Shown: positions 1 to 12,622 of the stretch, in pieces
Layout: the number at the start of each line of letters is the position of its first letter
Position numbering within the stretch: the first letter of the stretch is position 1
NCBI RefSeq assembly: GCF_009914755.1
Contig: NC_060930.1
Length of the DNA: 64,000 nt
DNA from: the human T2T-CHM13v2.0 reference genome, Homo sapiens
Reading direction: 5' to 3' (one strand)
Notes under the pieces: generated by a model
The model's database searches: none
The model's input: only the letters and a program-made list of their open reading frames with translations
Told to the model about the DNA's origin: nothing
Made by a program: the position numbers and the translations under genes

Positions 1-568
1 TTAAAACCACAGCCAAGCCTCAGGAGATGCACATGTTCAAAGATTTCAGAGTGCAGAGAGTCATTTCATTTTTTACGAAGCACGTGCTCTGCTTCCGGAC
101 GGCGCTAAGTCGGCTGTGTGCCCGGGCGCCCGCAGTTGCGGTTGTCACATGGGCCTGGGGGCAGTGGACAGCGGAGGGCAAGTCAAGGAACCACACTGAC
201 AGTAATCACCCTGGCTTCAGTGTTTCCATGAAGTGCTCTTAGATGCAATGATTGTGAAGTGGGAAAATCATGAGTGGCCACCTGGGCGAGCCTCACTGGC
301 CGACATCTCTGCATCTGAGCATCTCTGCGGTTGCTACTGTCCGGTAATTTCGGTCTGTTCCGGGCACCTGGATCAAAGTCAGAGGCCCTCCCTCAGGGCT
401 CCTCTTCAACTGGCCTCCGCACTAGGGTCCTATCTTGGGCAGGATCCTGGAGGCTCACCCGCTTCTTCCCAGGATGGAAAAGGCGTCTGGGCTGCTTGTG
501 TCTGATGAGGAACTTGTTTGACAGGTGAGAGGCACAGAGCGGATGAGTGGATTCACGTGGAACCAAGA

Positions 569-1400
569 GTTCCCAAACTGCCTGCGCCTGAGACTCACCA
601 GTTCCCAAACCGCCTGCGCCTGAGACTCACCGGTTCCCAAACCGCCTGCACTTGAGACTCAGGGGTTCCCAAACCGCCTGGGCCCGAGACTCACCGGTTC
701 CCAAACCGCCTGCGCCTGAGACTCACCGGTTCCCAAACCGCCTGCGCCTGAGACTCACCGGTTCCCAAACCGCCTGCACTTGAGACTCAGGGGTTCCCAA
801 ACCGCCTGGGCCCGAGACTCACCGGTTCCCAAACCGCCTGCGCCTGAGACTCACCAGTTCCCAAACCGCCTGCACTTGAGACTCACCAGTTCCCAAACCG
901 CCTGCGCCTGAGACTCACCGGTTCCCAAACCGCCTGCACTTGAGACTCAGGGGTTCCCAAACCGCCTGGGCCCGAGACTCACCGGTTCCCAAACCGCCTG
1001 CGCCTGAGACTCACCGGTTCCCAAACCGCCTGCACTTGAGACTCAGGGGTTCCCAAACCGCCTGGGCCCGAGACTCACCGGTTCCCAAACCGCCTGCGCC
1101 TGAGACTCACCAGTTCCCAAACCGCCTGCACTTGAGACTCACCGGTTCCCAAACCGCCTGCACTTGAGACTCAGGGGTTCCCAAACCGCCTGGGCCCGAG
1201 ACTCACCGGTTCCCAAACCGCCTGCGCCTGAGACTCACCGGTTCCCAAACCGCCTGCACTTGAGACTCACCAGTTCCCAAACCGCCTGGGCCTGAGACTC
1301 ACCGGCTCCCAAACCACCTGCACCTGAAACTCACCAGTTGCCAAACCACCTGCGCCCGGAACTTACTGGCTCCCAGACCGCTGCGCATGAGACTCGCTGG
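569..1400. repeat. 32-bp minisatellite (GTTCCCAAACCGCCTGCGCCTGAGACTCACCG), ~26 copies
   Basis: Unit starts at 569, 601, 633 and so on; three main variants; degenerates after ~1310. Confidence 0.97.
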
Positions 1401-1493
1401 GGGCGTTACTCACAACGCAGGCTCCTGGGGCCCTCCAGAGACTCCGGTGTCAGCGAGCTCATGGCGCCCACCTCAAGTAACACTGGCCTCGGG

Positions 1494-1676
1494 CACTGAT
1501 TCTCAACCCTGGCTAACCACTAAAAATTTACTCAAGGAGCTTTTAAAAAGTATCAGTGCCTAGGACACAACACAGGTTAATTGAATAAGAACTTCGGGAG
1601 GAGACTCTAGGTACTTGCATTTTCCTAAAAATCTTCCTAAATGACTCAATTTTTCAGCCAAAGTTCAGCAATGCTG
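1494..1676. mobile_element. MER5A1-like hAT-Charlie MITE
   Basis: Begins CACTGATTCTCAACCCTGGCT, contains GGAGCTTTTAAAAA, ends CAGCCAAAGTTCAGCAATGCTG. This matches the recalled palindromic MER5 consensus. Confidence 0.7.
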
Positions 1677-1731
1677 GTCTAAGATGAAAAATAAAATGAC
1701 TGGGTTAGAACCTCAGGCTGTGTGGAACCCA

Positions 1732-3720
1732 CAGTGGGTCCAGACTTTGGTTTCAGTGCCCCCTACGGTATAACAGTCATTAAGGACCCCAAATTATTTA
1801 TGTAAATTATATGTCAATATTTACCATATTAGGAATTAAAACAGAAAATGTTTTAAATATTCTAATTCATTTTAAAATAACAATAATAAATCCATTATGT
1901 GTTAACATATTTTTATTAAAACCAACTATATTTTTCAAAAGAGAAAAATCACTGAGAAGAGTGGCATTAATCTACATGTGTGTCAGTCTCTGTCTGGCTT
2001 TAATGGAAGACAGCTGGACTCACCCAGCTGCCTCTGCCTTCCACCTGTTACGGTGCGTTTTGGGGAATATATGAGGAAAATCCAGACGTGTGTGTGTGTG
2101 TGTGTACATACATATATGTAGGGGGAGAAAGGAATATTTTTAGAACTTTTTTGGATTATTATGGATATTCTTATTTTAATCTTTACAAAAACCTGAAAAG
2201 TGATAGTTTTTAAAATGATTAATGGCCACGTAGAATCCGAAGCCACATTGGTGAACGTTTCCTTCTCTCCTACACTAATATTCATTTGTCTATCTTGCCC
2301 TTTGAATGGGCCTTTTACCCAGGCCTAACTTTGTAACTTCATGTGTTCACCATTTGGAAAATATCGGTTTACTGAGACGTGCAGAAATTCCAAATGCAGA
2401 CGTCTCCGAGAGACTGAATATACGAAGGGACGCTGGGTAGACCACAGAAAAGCCAGAACTCTGACCCACACCTGCATCAGCCTGCCCAGGAAAACTGACC
2501 CTAACCTAATATCTGCAAACGCCAGCCCCAGAGGCCAGCCTGCTGTCCAGGAGTCAGGACTGCAGGAGGTGGGAAAAGGACCCCACCACAGCTGACCCAA
2601 GATGGCAGGGCTTGATCAGTAACTAACAGATTTCTTCACTGTTTCCGTGCTTCCCACTTAGCACCAACCAGAGAAAGCTGAATACACTCCCTGGCCAGTT
2701 CCATAGGATGTTCCGATTCCAGCTACTCGCCTCCAGTGTCCCCAGACAGCAGCCTCTGGCAGGGCTCACCTGGGACCTTCCGTTTTCTCATCATAAATCC
2801 CCAGACCCCTGCCTTTGAGTCTCTGCTGGACACACACCCTGGAGCCCTGCCTTTGAGCCTCTGCTGGACACACACCCCGGACCCCTGCCATTGAGCCTGT
2901 GCTGAACACTCGCAGTGGTGACCGACGCCCCCACCACAGCAAGCCCCGAATACACAGCCTCTGTGTGTTCCCACTGAGTTGGTCTTTATTTTCACACTTA
3001 AATTACACACTATAAAAAAACCACAGTTGTTAATATTGCCACCCATCTCACCAAAAAAGCCTCTATATATTGTAAAACTGTCAAGCTCAAGGTGATGAAT
3101 AAAAGTGACCCAAAATTCTAACGTTTCTCAAACGCTCAGATTTTATCATGAGCCACAAATACTACTAGTTCTTTCCCTTGGAGGAACAGGCTGTTAATTA
3201 GCTAGGTCTGAATACCATAGTTTGTCTATCAGTTGTTCTTTCAAGTAAAAGCTGTGTTCCACGTAAAGAAAAAAACATAACCAAAACAGCGAGTTCAACA
3301 GGTAACTGGAACGATGGCCTCTGCTTTTCCCACAACAGTGATCACGTGACTCCGATGTGGAGAAATGCTTCATCCAGTTCCCACTTCATGGTGCAGAATA
3401 TTAAAAAGACAAGCCTGCACGGATTGAGGCTAAATAGTTAATAATGAGCCTCACTGCTTGATTCTGGACACTGTTAGGTGAAAACGGCTTTTCTTTTTCC
3501 TGCAGGTGGGTGGTGGTGCAGAAGACCACAGCTGTTTGTGTGGTTGGCACTCAGCTTGCTTCAGGTTAGGGATTGAGTAGTTTCACCCACTATTGCCTTT
3601 ATACACCAGCAATAGGATATCTACACAGTTAAAAAAAAAGGCTTAGCATTATGATAAAAATAGTTTTCCCTCTGTGGGCCCCCTGAAGGGGTCTCGGGAC
3701 CCCAGCAGTGTGGATAGCAG
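1732..3720. mobile_element. hAT-Charlie DNA transposon remnant, interrupted by an LTR
   Basis: Charlie-type left end (GGACCCCAAA...TTTACCATATTAGGAATTAAAAC...GAGAAGAGTGGCATT) and right end (AAAATAGTTTT...GGCCCCCTGAAGGGGTCTCGGGACCCC). Confidence 0.7.
2460..2996 (+). mobile_element. ERV solo LTR (MER90/MER110-like) nested in the Charlie element
   Basis: LTR-type sequence ending TTGGTCTTTATTTTCACA. It shares a block (ACCAACCAGAGAAAGC) with the reverse strand of 15020-15480 and has an internal ~37-bp tandem at ~2807-2910. Boundaries are approximate. Confidence 0.5.
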
Positions 3721-5536
3721 ACGCGGGGACCTGGCAAGAGGGTTTGGTTAACCTTCTGTTGCAGCCTGGGTGTGAAGTGAAGGGGTCCCAAAGCCCTCAT
3801 GCAGTTTTAAGCTTTAAATACATTTCTTCAAGTTTTAGTTTGTGGGGTATTTTGGTCTATAAGGCAAAATGACTAAAACTTCTGTGAGACATCTGAGAAC
3901 TGTGATCAATGAAAGAGAAACAGAAGTGAAGAGTCATCAGTTTAGGGGACAGCGTCGGAAATACTAAAGGGTGGCAGCTGTCGTGTGAATAGCACTGACC
4001 AGCTCCAAAGTCCGCCACTAGCAACAGCTGCAGTGAAATTCTGGCCAACCAGCACTTCTGGAGGTCCCATGCCCTGTCTTCCTCTCCTTGTCTCCTCCTT
4101 TCCCAGGCAACCCAAATGTAAGGCCAGTTCATCTGCATTTAGTACCTTCAAGAGAGGAATTTCTAATGCTCTTGAGAGTCCGCATTTAAACTGCAATTTC
4201 TGAATTACTTGGGAATACTCACGGGCCATCTTGGATTTCAGAACATACAGGGGTTTAACATTAATGTATTGAGTTACAAGAGGAGATTCTTAGCTCATCT
4301 GGCATTCTAATAAGACCTATACATGGGTAAATTAGGTGTTGCTACTTAAATTCAGCTTTTGTCCTTGAGCTCAAAAGTCCTGCAGGGAAAACAGCCTGAG
4401 GGAGCTCCTGCAGGAGCGTTGCTTAGGAGAGGCTGTCCCCTTCCAGCCGCAAAGGCAGCTCCGGGAGACACACCAAGGCCCCAAATCCAAGGCTCCTGAT
4501 GCTGTCAGAACCACTTCCTCAGCCGAGAATCGGCCGTCCAGCCCGACCTTCAGGGTACAAAGCGAGGCGAGCACACCCAGCCTTCTCTCAGCTCCAACCC
4601 CCATTTAATTGTTTGGTTTTGAAAGATTTCTCCAAGAAAAATGTATATATGTAAATTATGTATGTCAAGTTTTACCATATTAGGAATTAAAACAGAAAAA
4701 TTGTAAATATTTTAAAATAGCAATAATAACTCCATTATTTGTTAACAATGGAACGGAGAGGCTGGATGAGATGCGGCGAGCGCGTGACACACATCAGAAA
4801 GTGGCAGAACCAGAACCGGCTCCCCGGGGCTGCCCCTGCTTCCCCTGACACCGGCTGCGTCTGTCATGGGCTGCGGCACGGTCATCTTCGTTTTGACTTT
4901 CAGGTGGCAACCGCACGGTGCCACAGGCTGTCGCTGTCACCCAAGCACAAGTGCAGTGACAATCCTCGCTACGAATTTCCTCGCGGCTCCATACCTGAAA
5001 TAAGTATCACTGTATTATCACAGCTCTGTGGAAATCCACACCTTTCAAGGCTCCTCTTGAGACACAGGTTATTGTAAGCGGAGAAACAACTGCTTTTCAA
5101 GATGTTAAATTCACGCAGAGAGCTCTGTTGGGATAAAGGTATTTCTCACTGAGGCTTCACCCTCACCAAGCTTCCCGGCATGTAAAAAACATCACTGTCA
5201 CTGCAGGCAGATGTAAGGAATAAGAAAACACCCACACGAGCTCACTGTGGAAACCAGTTCGGTCCTCAGTTCCAATGACAGGCGTCTCTCTAAGCCGGCT
5301 GAGGTCTTCTTGGGGCAGGACCCTTGGGAAGAAGTGCCTTCTTGCATGGGCCAGACCTGGGGACCCTGGGGGGCTCTCCTGGGGGAATTACAGCATGGAC
5401 ACCCACCCCCTTAGTTGTCTCCAATTGTACCCTAAGGAAGAATAGGTCAGTTCCTCCTCTTTCGCACTGAGAACAGCCACCTCCACATGCTCCCATGCGA
5501 GGGCCTCTGCTGGCCAACACCAGCTTTCAGCGTGGC

Positions 5537-8500
5537 AACTAGGGGAGGAGGAGCACATGTGATAACCAGGGGAGGAGGAGCACGGTGTGATAACTAGGGG
5601 AGGATGAGCACGGTGTGATAACTAGGGGAGGAGGAGCACATGTGATAACTAGGGGAGGAGGAGCACATGTGATAACTAGGGGAGGATGAGCACGGTGTGA
5701 TAACTAGGGGAGGATGAGCACGGTGTGATAACTAGGGGAGGAGGAGCACATGTGATAACTAGGGGAGGAGGAGCACATGTGATAACCAGGGGAGGAGGAG
5801 CACGGTGTGATAACTAGAGGAGGAGGAGCACATGTGATAACTAGGGGAGGAGGAGCACATGTGATAACCAGGGGAGGAGGAGCACGGTGTGATAACTAGG
5901 GGAGGATGAGCACGGTGTGATAACTAGGGGAGGAGGAGCACATGTGATAACTAGGGGAGGAGGAGCACATGTGATAACTAGGGGAGGAGGAGCACATGTG
6001 ATAACTAGGGGAGGATGAGCACGGTGTGATAACTAGGGGAGGAGGAGCACATGTGATAACTAGAGGAGGAGGAGCACATGTGATAACTAGGGGAGGATGA
6101 GCACGGTGTGATAACTAGGGGAGGAGGAGCACATGTGATAACTAGGGGAGGAGGAGCTCATGTGATAACTAGGGGAGGAGGAGCACATGTGATAACTAGG
6201 GGAGGAGGAGCTCATGTGATAACTAGGGGAGGATGAGCACGGTGTGATAACTAGGGGAGGAGGAGCACATGTGATAACTAGGGGAGGATGAGCACGGTGT
6301 GATAACTAGGGGAGGAGGAGCACATGTGATAACTAGGGGAGGAGGAGCTCATGTGATAACTAGGGGAGGAGGAGCACATGTGATAACTAGGGGAGGAGGA
6401 GCACATGTGATAACTAGAGGAGGAGGAGCACATGTGATAACTAGGGGAGGAGGAGCTCATGTGATAACTAGGGGAGGAGGAGCACATGTGATAACTAGGG
6501 GAGGAGGAGCTCATGTGATAACTAGGGGAGGAGGAGCACATGTGATAACTAGAGGAGGAGCACATGTGATAACTAGGGGAGGAGGAGCACAGTGTGATAA
6601 CTAGGGGAGGAGGAGCACATGTGATAACTAGGGGAGGAGGAGCACATGTGATAACTAGGGGAGGAGGAGCACATGTGATAACTAGAGGAGGAGCACATGT
6701 GATAACTAGGGGAGGAGGAGCACATGTGATAACTAGAGGAGGAGGAGCACATGTGATAACTAGGGAAGGAGGAGCACATGTGATAACTACGGGAGGAGGA
6801 GCACATGTGATAACTAGGGGAGGAGGAGCACATGTGATAACTAGGGGAGGAGGAGCACAGTGTGATAACCAGGGGAGGAGGAGCACATGTGATAACTAGG
6901 GGAGGAGGAGCACATGTGATAACTAGGGGAGGAGGAGCACATGTGATAACTAGGGGAGGAGGAGCACAGTGTGATAACCAGGGGAGGAGGAGCACATGTG
7001 ATAACTAGGGGAGGAGGAGCACATGTGATAACTAGGGGAGGAGGAGCACATGTGATAACTAGGGGAGGAGGAGCACGGTGTGATAACTAGGGGAGGAGGA
7101 GCACATTTGATAACTAGGGGAGGAGGAGCACAGTGTGATAACTAGGGGAGGAGGAGCACGGTGTGATAACTACGGGAGGAGGAGCACATGTGATAACTAG
7201 GGGAGGAGGAGCACATGTGATAACTACGGGAGGAGGAGCACATGTGATAACTAGGGGAGGAGGAGCACATGTGATAACCAGGGGAGGAGGAGCACATGTG
7301 ATAACTAGGGGAGGAGGAGCACATGTGATAACTACGGGAGGAGGAGCACATGTGATAACTAGGGGAGGAGGAGCACATGTGATAACCAGGGGAGGAGGAG
7401 CACATGTGATAACCAGGGGAGGAGGAGCACATGTGATAACCAGGGGAGGATGAGCACGGTGTGATAACTAGGGGAGGAGGAGCACATGTGATAACTAGGG
7501 GAGGAGGAGCACATGTGATAACTAGGGGAGGAGGAGCACATATGATAACTAGGGGAGGATGAGCACGGTGTGATAACTAGGGGAGGAGGAGCACATGTGA
7601 TAACCAGGGGAGGAGGAGCACATGTGATAACCAGGGGAGGAGGAGCTCATGTGATAACTAGAGGAGGAGGAGCACGGTGTGATAACTAGGGGAGGAGGAG
7701 CACATGTGATAACTAGGGGAGGATGAGCACGGTGTGATAACTAGGGGAGGAGGAGCACATGTGATAACTAGGGGAGGAGGAGCACATATGATAACTAGGG
7801 GAGGAGGAGCACATGTGATAACTAGGGGAGGAGGAGCACATGTGATAACTAGGGGAGGAGGAGCACATGTGATAACTAGGGGAGGAGGAGCACATGTGAT
7901 AACCAGGGGAGGAGGAGCACATGTGATAACTAGGAGAGGAGGAGCACATGTGATAACTAGGGGAGGAGGAGCACGGTGTGATAACTAGGGGAGGAGGAGC
8001 ACATGTGATAACCAGGGGAGGAGGAGCACATGTGATAACTAGGGGAGGAGGAGCACATGTGATAACCAGGGGAGGAGGAGCACATGTGATAACTAGGGGA
8101 GGAGGAGCACATGTGATAACTAGGGGAGGAGGAGCACATGTGATAACTAGGGGAGGAGGAGCTCATGTGATAACTAGAGGAGGAGGAGCACGGTGTGATA
8201 ACTAGGGGAGGAGGAGCACATGTGATAACTAGGGGAGGAGGAGCACGGTGTGATAACTAGGGGAGGAGGAGCACATGTGATAACTAGGGGAGGAGGAGCA
8301 CATGTGATAACTAGGGGAGGAGGAGCACGGTGTGATAACTAGGGGAGGAGGAGCACATGTGATAACTAGGGGAGGAGGAGCACATGTGATAACTAGGGGA
8401 GGAGGAGCACATGTGATAACTAGGGGAGGAGGAGCTCATGTGATAACTAGAGGAGGAGGAGCACGGTGTGATAACTAGGGGAGGAGGAGCACATGTGATA

Positions 8501-11352
8501 ACTAGGGGAGGAGGAGCACATGTGATAACTAGGGGAGGAGGAGCTCATGTGATAACTAGAGGAGGAGGAGCACGGTGTGATAACTAGGGGAGGAGGAGCA
8601 CATTTGATAACTAGGGGAGGAGGAGCACGGTGTGATAACTAGGGGAGGAGGAGCACATGCGATAACTAGAGGAGGAAGAGCACATGTGATAACTAGGGGA
8701 GGAGGAGCACATGTGATAACTAGGGGAGGAGGAGCACATGTGATAACCAGGGGAGGAGGAGCACATGTGATAACCAGGGGAGGAGGAGCACGGTGTGATA
8801 ACTAGGGGAGGAGGAGCACATGTGATAACTAGGGGAGGAGGAGCACATGTGATAACTAGGGGAGGAGGAGCACGGTGTGATAACTAGGGGAGGAGGAGCA
8901 CATGTGATAACTAGGGGAGGAGGAGCACATGTGATAACTAGGGGAGGAGGAGCACATGTGATAACTAGGGGAGGAGGAGCTCATGTGATAACTAGAGGAG
9001 GAGGAGCACGGTGTGATAACTAGGGGAGGAGGAGCACATGTGATAACTAGGGGAGGAGGAGCACATGTGATAACTAGGGGAGGAGGAGCTCATGTGATAA
9101 CTAGAGGAGGAGGAGCACGGTGTGATAACTAGGGGAGGAGGAGCACATTTGATAACTAGGGGAGGAGGAGCACAGTGTGATAACTAGGGGAGGAGGAGCA
9201 CATGCGATAACTAGAGGAGGAAGAGCACATGTGATAACTAGGGGAGGAGGAGCACATGTGATAACTAGGGGAGGAGGAGCACATGTGATAACCAGGGGAG
9301 GAGGAGCACATGTGATAACTAGGGGAGGAGGAGCTCATGTGATAACTAGAGGAGGAGGAGCACGGTGTGATAACTAGGGGAGGAGGAGCACATGTGATAA
9401 CTAGGGGAGGAGGAGCACGGTGTGATAACTAGGGGAGGAGGAGCACATGTGATAACTAGGGGAGGAGGAGCACGGTGTGATAACTGGGGAGGAGGAGCAC
9501 ATGTGATAACTAGGGGAGGAGGAGCACATGTGATAACTAGGGGAGGAGGAGCACATGTGATAACTAGGGGAGGAGGAGCACATGTGATAACTAGGGGAGG
9601 AGGAGCACATGTGATAACTAGGGGAGGAGGAGCACAGTGTGATAACTAGGGGAGGAGGAGCACATGTGATAACTAGGGGAGGAGGAGCACATGTGATAAC
9701 TAGGGGAGGAGGAGCACATGTGATAACTAGGGGAGGAGGAGCACGGTGTGATAACTAGGGGAGGAAGAGCACATGTGATAACCAGGGGAGGAGGAGCACA
9801 TGTGATAACTAGGGGAGGAGGAGCACATGTGATAACTAGGGGAGGAGGAGCACAGTGTGATAACCAGGGGAGGAGGAGCACATGTGATAACTAGGGGAGG
9901 AGGAGCACATGTGATAACTAGGGGAGGAGGAGCACATGTGATAACTAGGGGAGGAGGAGCACATGTGATAACCAGGGGAGGAGGAGCACATGTGATATCC
10001 AGGGGAGGAGGAGCACATGTGATAACTAGGGGAGGAGGAGCACAGTGTGATAACTAGGGGAGGAGGAGCACGGTGTGATAACTAGGGGAGGATGAGCACG
10101 GTGTGATAACTAGGGGAGGAGGAGCACATGTGATAACTAGGGGAGGAGGAGCACATGTGATAACTAGGGGAGGAGGAGCACATGTGATAACTAGGGGAGG
10201 AGGAGCACAGTGTGATAACCAGGGGAGGAGGAGCACATGTGATAACTAGGGGAGGAGGAGCACATGTGATAACTAGGGGAGGAGGAGCACATGTGATAAC
10301 TAGGGGAGGAGGAGCACATGTGATAACCAGGGGAGGAGGAGCACATGTGATATCCAGGGGAGGAGGAGCACATGTGATAACTAGGGGAGGAGGAGCACAG
10401 TGTGATAACTAGGGGAGGAGGAGCACGGCGTGATAACTAGGGGAGGATGAGCACGGTGTGATAACTAGGGGAGGAGGAGCACATGTGATAACTAGGGGAG
10501 GATGAGCACGGTGTGATAACTAGGGGAGGAGGAGCACGGTGTGATAACTAGGGGAGGAGGAGCACATGTGATAACTAGAGGAGGAGGAGCACATGTGATA
10601 ACTAGGGGAGGAGGAGCACGGTGTGATAACTAGGGGAGGAAGAGCACATGTGATAACTAGGGGAGGAGGAGCACATGTGATAACTAGGGGAGGAGGAGCA
10701 CATGTGATAACTAGCGGAGGAGGAGCACATGCGATAACTAGGGGAGGAGGAGCACATGTGATAACTAGCGGAGGAGGAGCACATGTGATAACTAGGGGAG
10801 GAGGAGCACATGTGATAACTAGAGGAGGAGGAGCACATGTGATAACTAGGGGAGGAGGAGCACATGTGATAACTAGCGGAGGAGGAGCACATGTGATAAC
10901 TAGGGGAGGAGGAGCACATGCGATAACTAGAGGAGGAGGAGCACATGTGATAACTAGGGGAGGAGGAGCACATGCGATAACTAGAGGAGGAGGAGCACAT
11001 GTGATAACTAGGGGAGGAGGAGCACATGTGATAACTAGGGGAGGAGGAGCACATGTGATAACTAGGAGAGGAGGAGCACATGTGATAACTAGGGGAGGAG
11101 GTGCACGGTGTGATAACTAGGGGAGGAGGAGCACGGTGTGATAACTAGGGGAAGAGGAGCTCATGTGATAACTAGGGGAGGAGGAGCACATGTGATAACT
11201 AGGGGAGGAGGAGCACGGTGTGATAACTAGGGGAAGAGGAGCACATGTGATAACTAGGGGAGGAGGAGCACATGTGATAACTAGGGGAGGAGGAGCACAT
11301 GTGATAACTAGGGGAGGAGGAGCACAGTGTGATAACGAGGGGAGGAGGAGCA
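5537..11352. repeat. Giant 27/28-bp VNTR (GATAACTAGGGGAGGAGGAGCACATGT), ~5.8 kb, ~210 copies
   Basis: Directly visible continuous array; the 28-bp variants carry CACGGTGT or CACAGTGT. Confidence 0.99.
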
Positions 11353-12418
11353 ACAATTCCAGGAGTTGGAGATTTTACAAACAGCATCTAGATGAATGAC
11401 TTGATTTTTCCGAATTTCTGTCTTCTTTTAGACAGAATGTGTATTGGTTTCAAGTATCAGGATAGTTGAGGAACTGAATGAGTTTATACAACTGATTCTC
11501 TGTGTGGAGAGGGTTGAAGTCTCATTTTCTCCTTTGGTTTATTTTTTCCCTTTGACCTGTTTGGGGTTGAGCCTATGGAATCATCCCTGCAAAAATAATC
11601 AGCTTTACACGCATGTTAATTTCACTAAAATCCAGCAAAGCATAATCTTTGAAACGCAAGTGTGTTTACTAGGACGAGTCACAACCTGACACCCTGTGGC
11701 TGATGCCAACAGGCCTGACTTACTCAGAATTTACCATCAGTGTCTAATAACTTGGCATGGCTCTGGGTGGAGATTTTTTATGGAAATTTTAGTGAATTCT
11801 TACCAATGTGGAACCATTTCCATGCTTGAAGGACTGAATCATATAAACAACATTGCTTTCATAAAGTCCGTAGGCTGAATTAGGCTTTAAAATCTGAACA
11901 GCAAAGGTGTACTTAGCATTAGAAACAGAAACACTGGCGGGAGGTGAAGGGTTTATAAAGGGAATTGTATCTTTTATACACACGCAGCGTCTTCTCGGAA
12001 ACTCTCTGAAATGCCAAGTCTGAGTATTTCCCAGAATGAGTCAAAACTACATCTTGCGGTTGATAAAAAGAAGCATTTTAGGATGTATTTAAATGTTGCA
12101 TTGTGTCTCCCTGGGGCATTTGTGTTTTATCTCTTACTGGAATAAAACTTTGCTCCATAGAAAGAAATGTGTGGTACGCTGTTGAGATGAGGGAGTGAGG
12201 GCGAAGTCCCTTCCAAGGCCCCAGGGGTCAACCCCACAACCCTCTCCACCTACTGCAGAGGGAGCCTTGAGACTCGGGGACAGGTCCTATTTCTTCTCTA
12301 CTTTTTATGACAAGGCTGATATTTTTTAGAAATATTAATGAGCATTTCTATTTTGCATTTTCTATATACAACCTACTTAGCAAATAGCAGCCTTGGTGGG
12401 ATGAATATCATTACAAAA

Positions 12419-12622
12419 GAATGCAAAGAGACAGAGTGGACAGTCCCTTCCGATACGCAAGTCAGGTAAATGCAAAGAGACAGCGTGGACAGTCCCTTCA
12501 GACATGTTAGCCAGGTAAATGCAAAGAGACAGAGTGGACAGTCCCTTCCGACACGCAAGCCAGGTAAATGCAAAGAGACAGAGTGGACAGTCCCTTCTGA
12601 CACACAAGCCAGGTAAATGCAA
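12419..12622. repeat. 49-bp minisatellite, ~4 copies
   Basis: ATGCAAAGAGACAG at 12421, 12470, 12519 and 12568. Confidence 0.95.

Noticed and set aside
5537-11352. PRDM9 13-mer hotspot motif in the giant VNTR
   Set aside because: The minus strand CCTCCTCCCCTAG does not fit CCNCCNTNNCCNC.
6278-11387. Many ORFs with VITRGGGAH / CSSSPSYHM / CAPPPLVIT repeats
   Set aside because: By-product of a 27-bp unit; frames break at every 28-bp variant and there is no gene structure.
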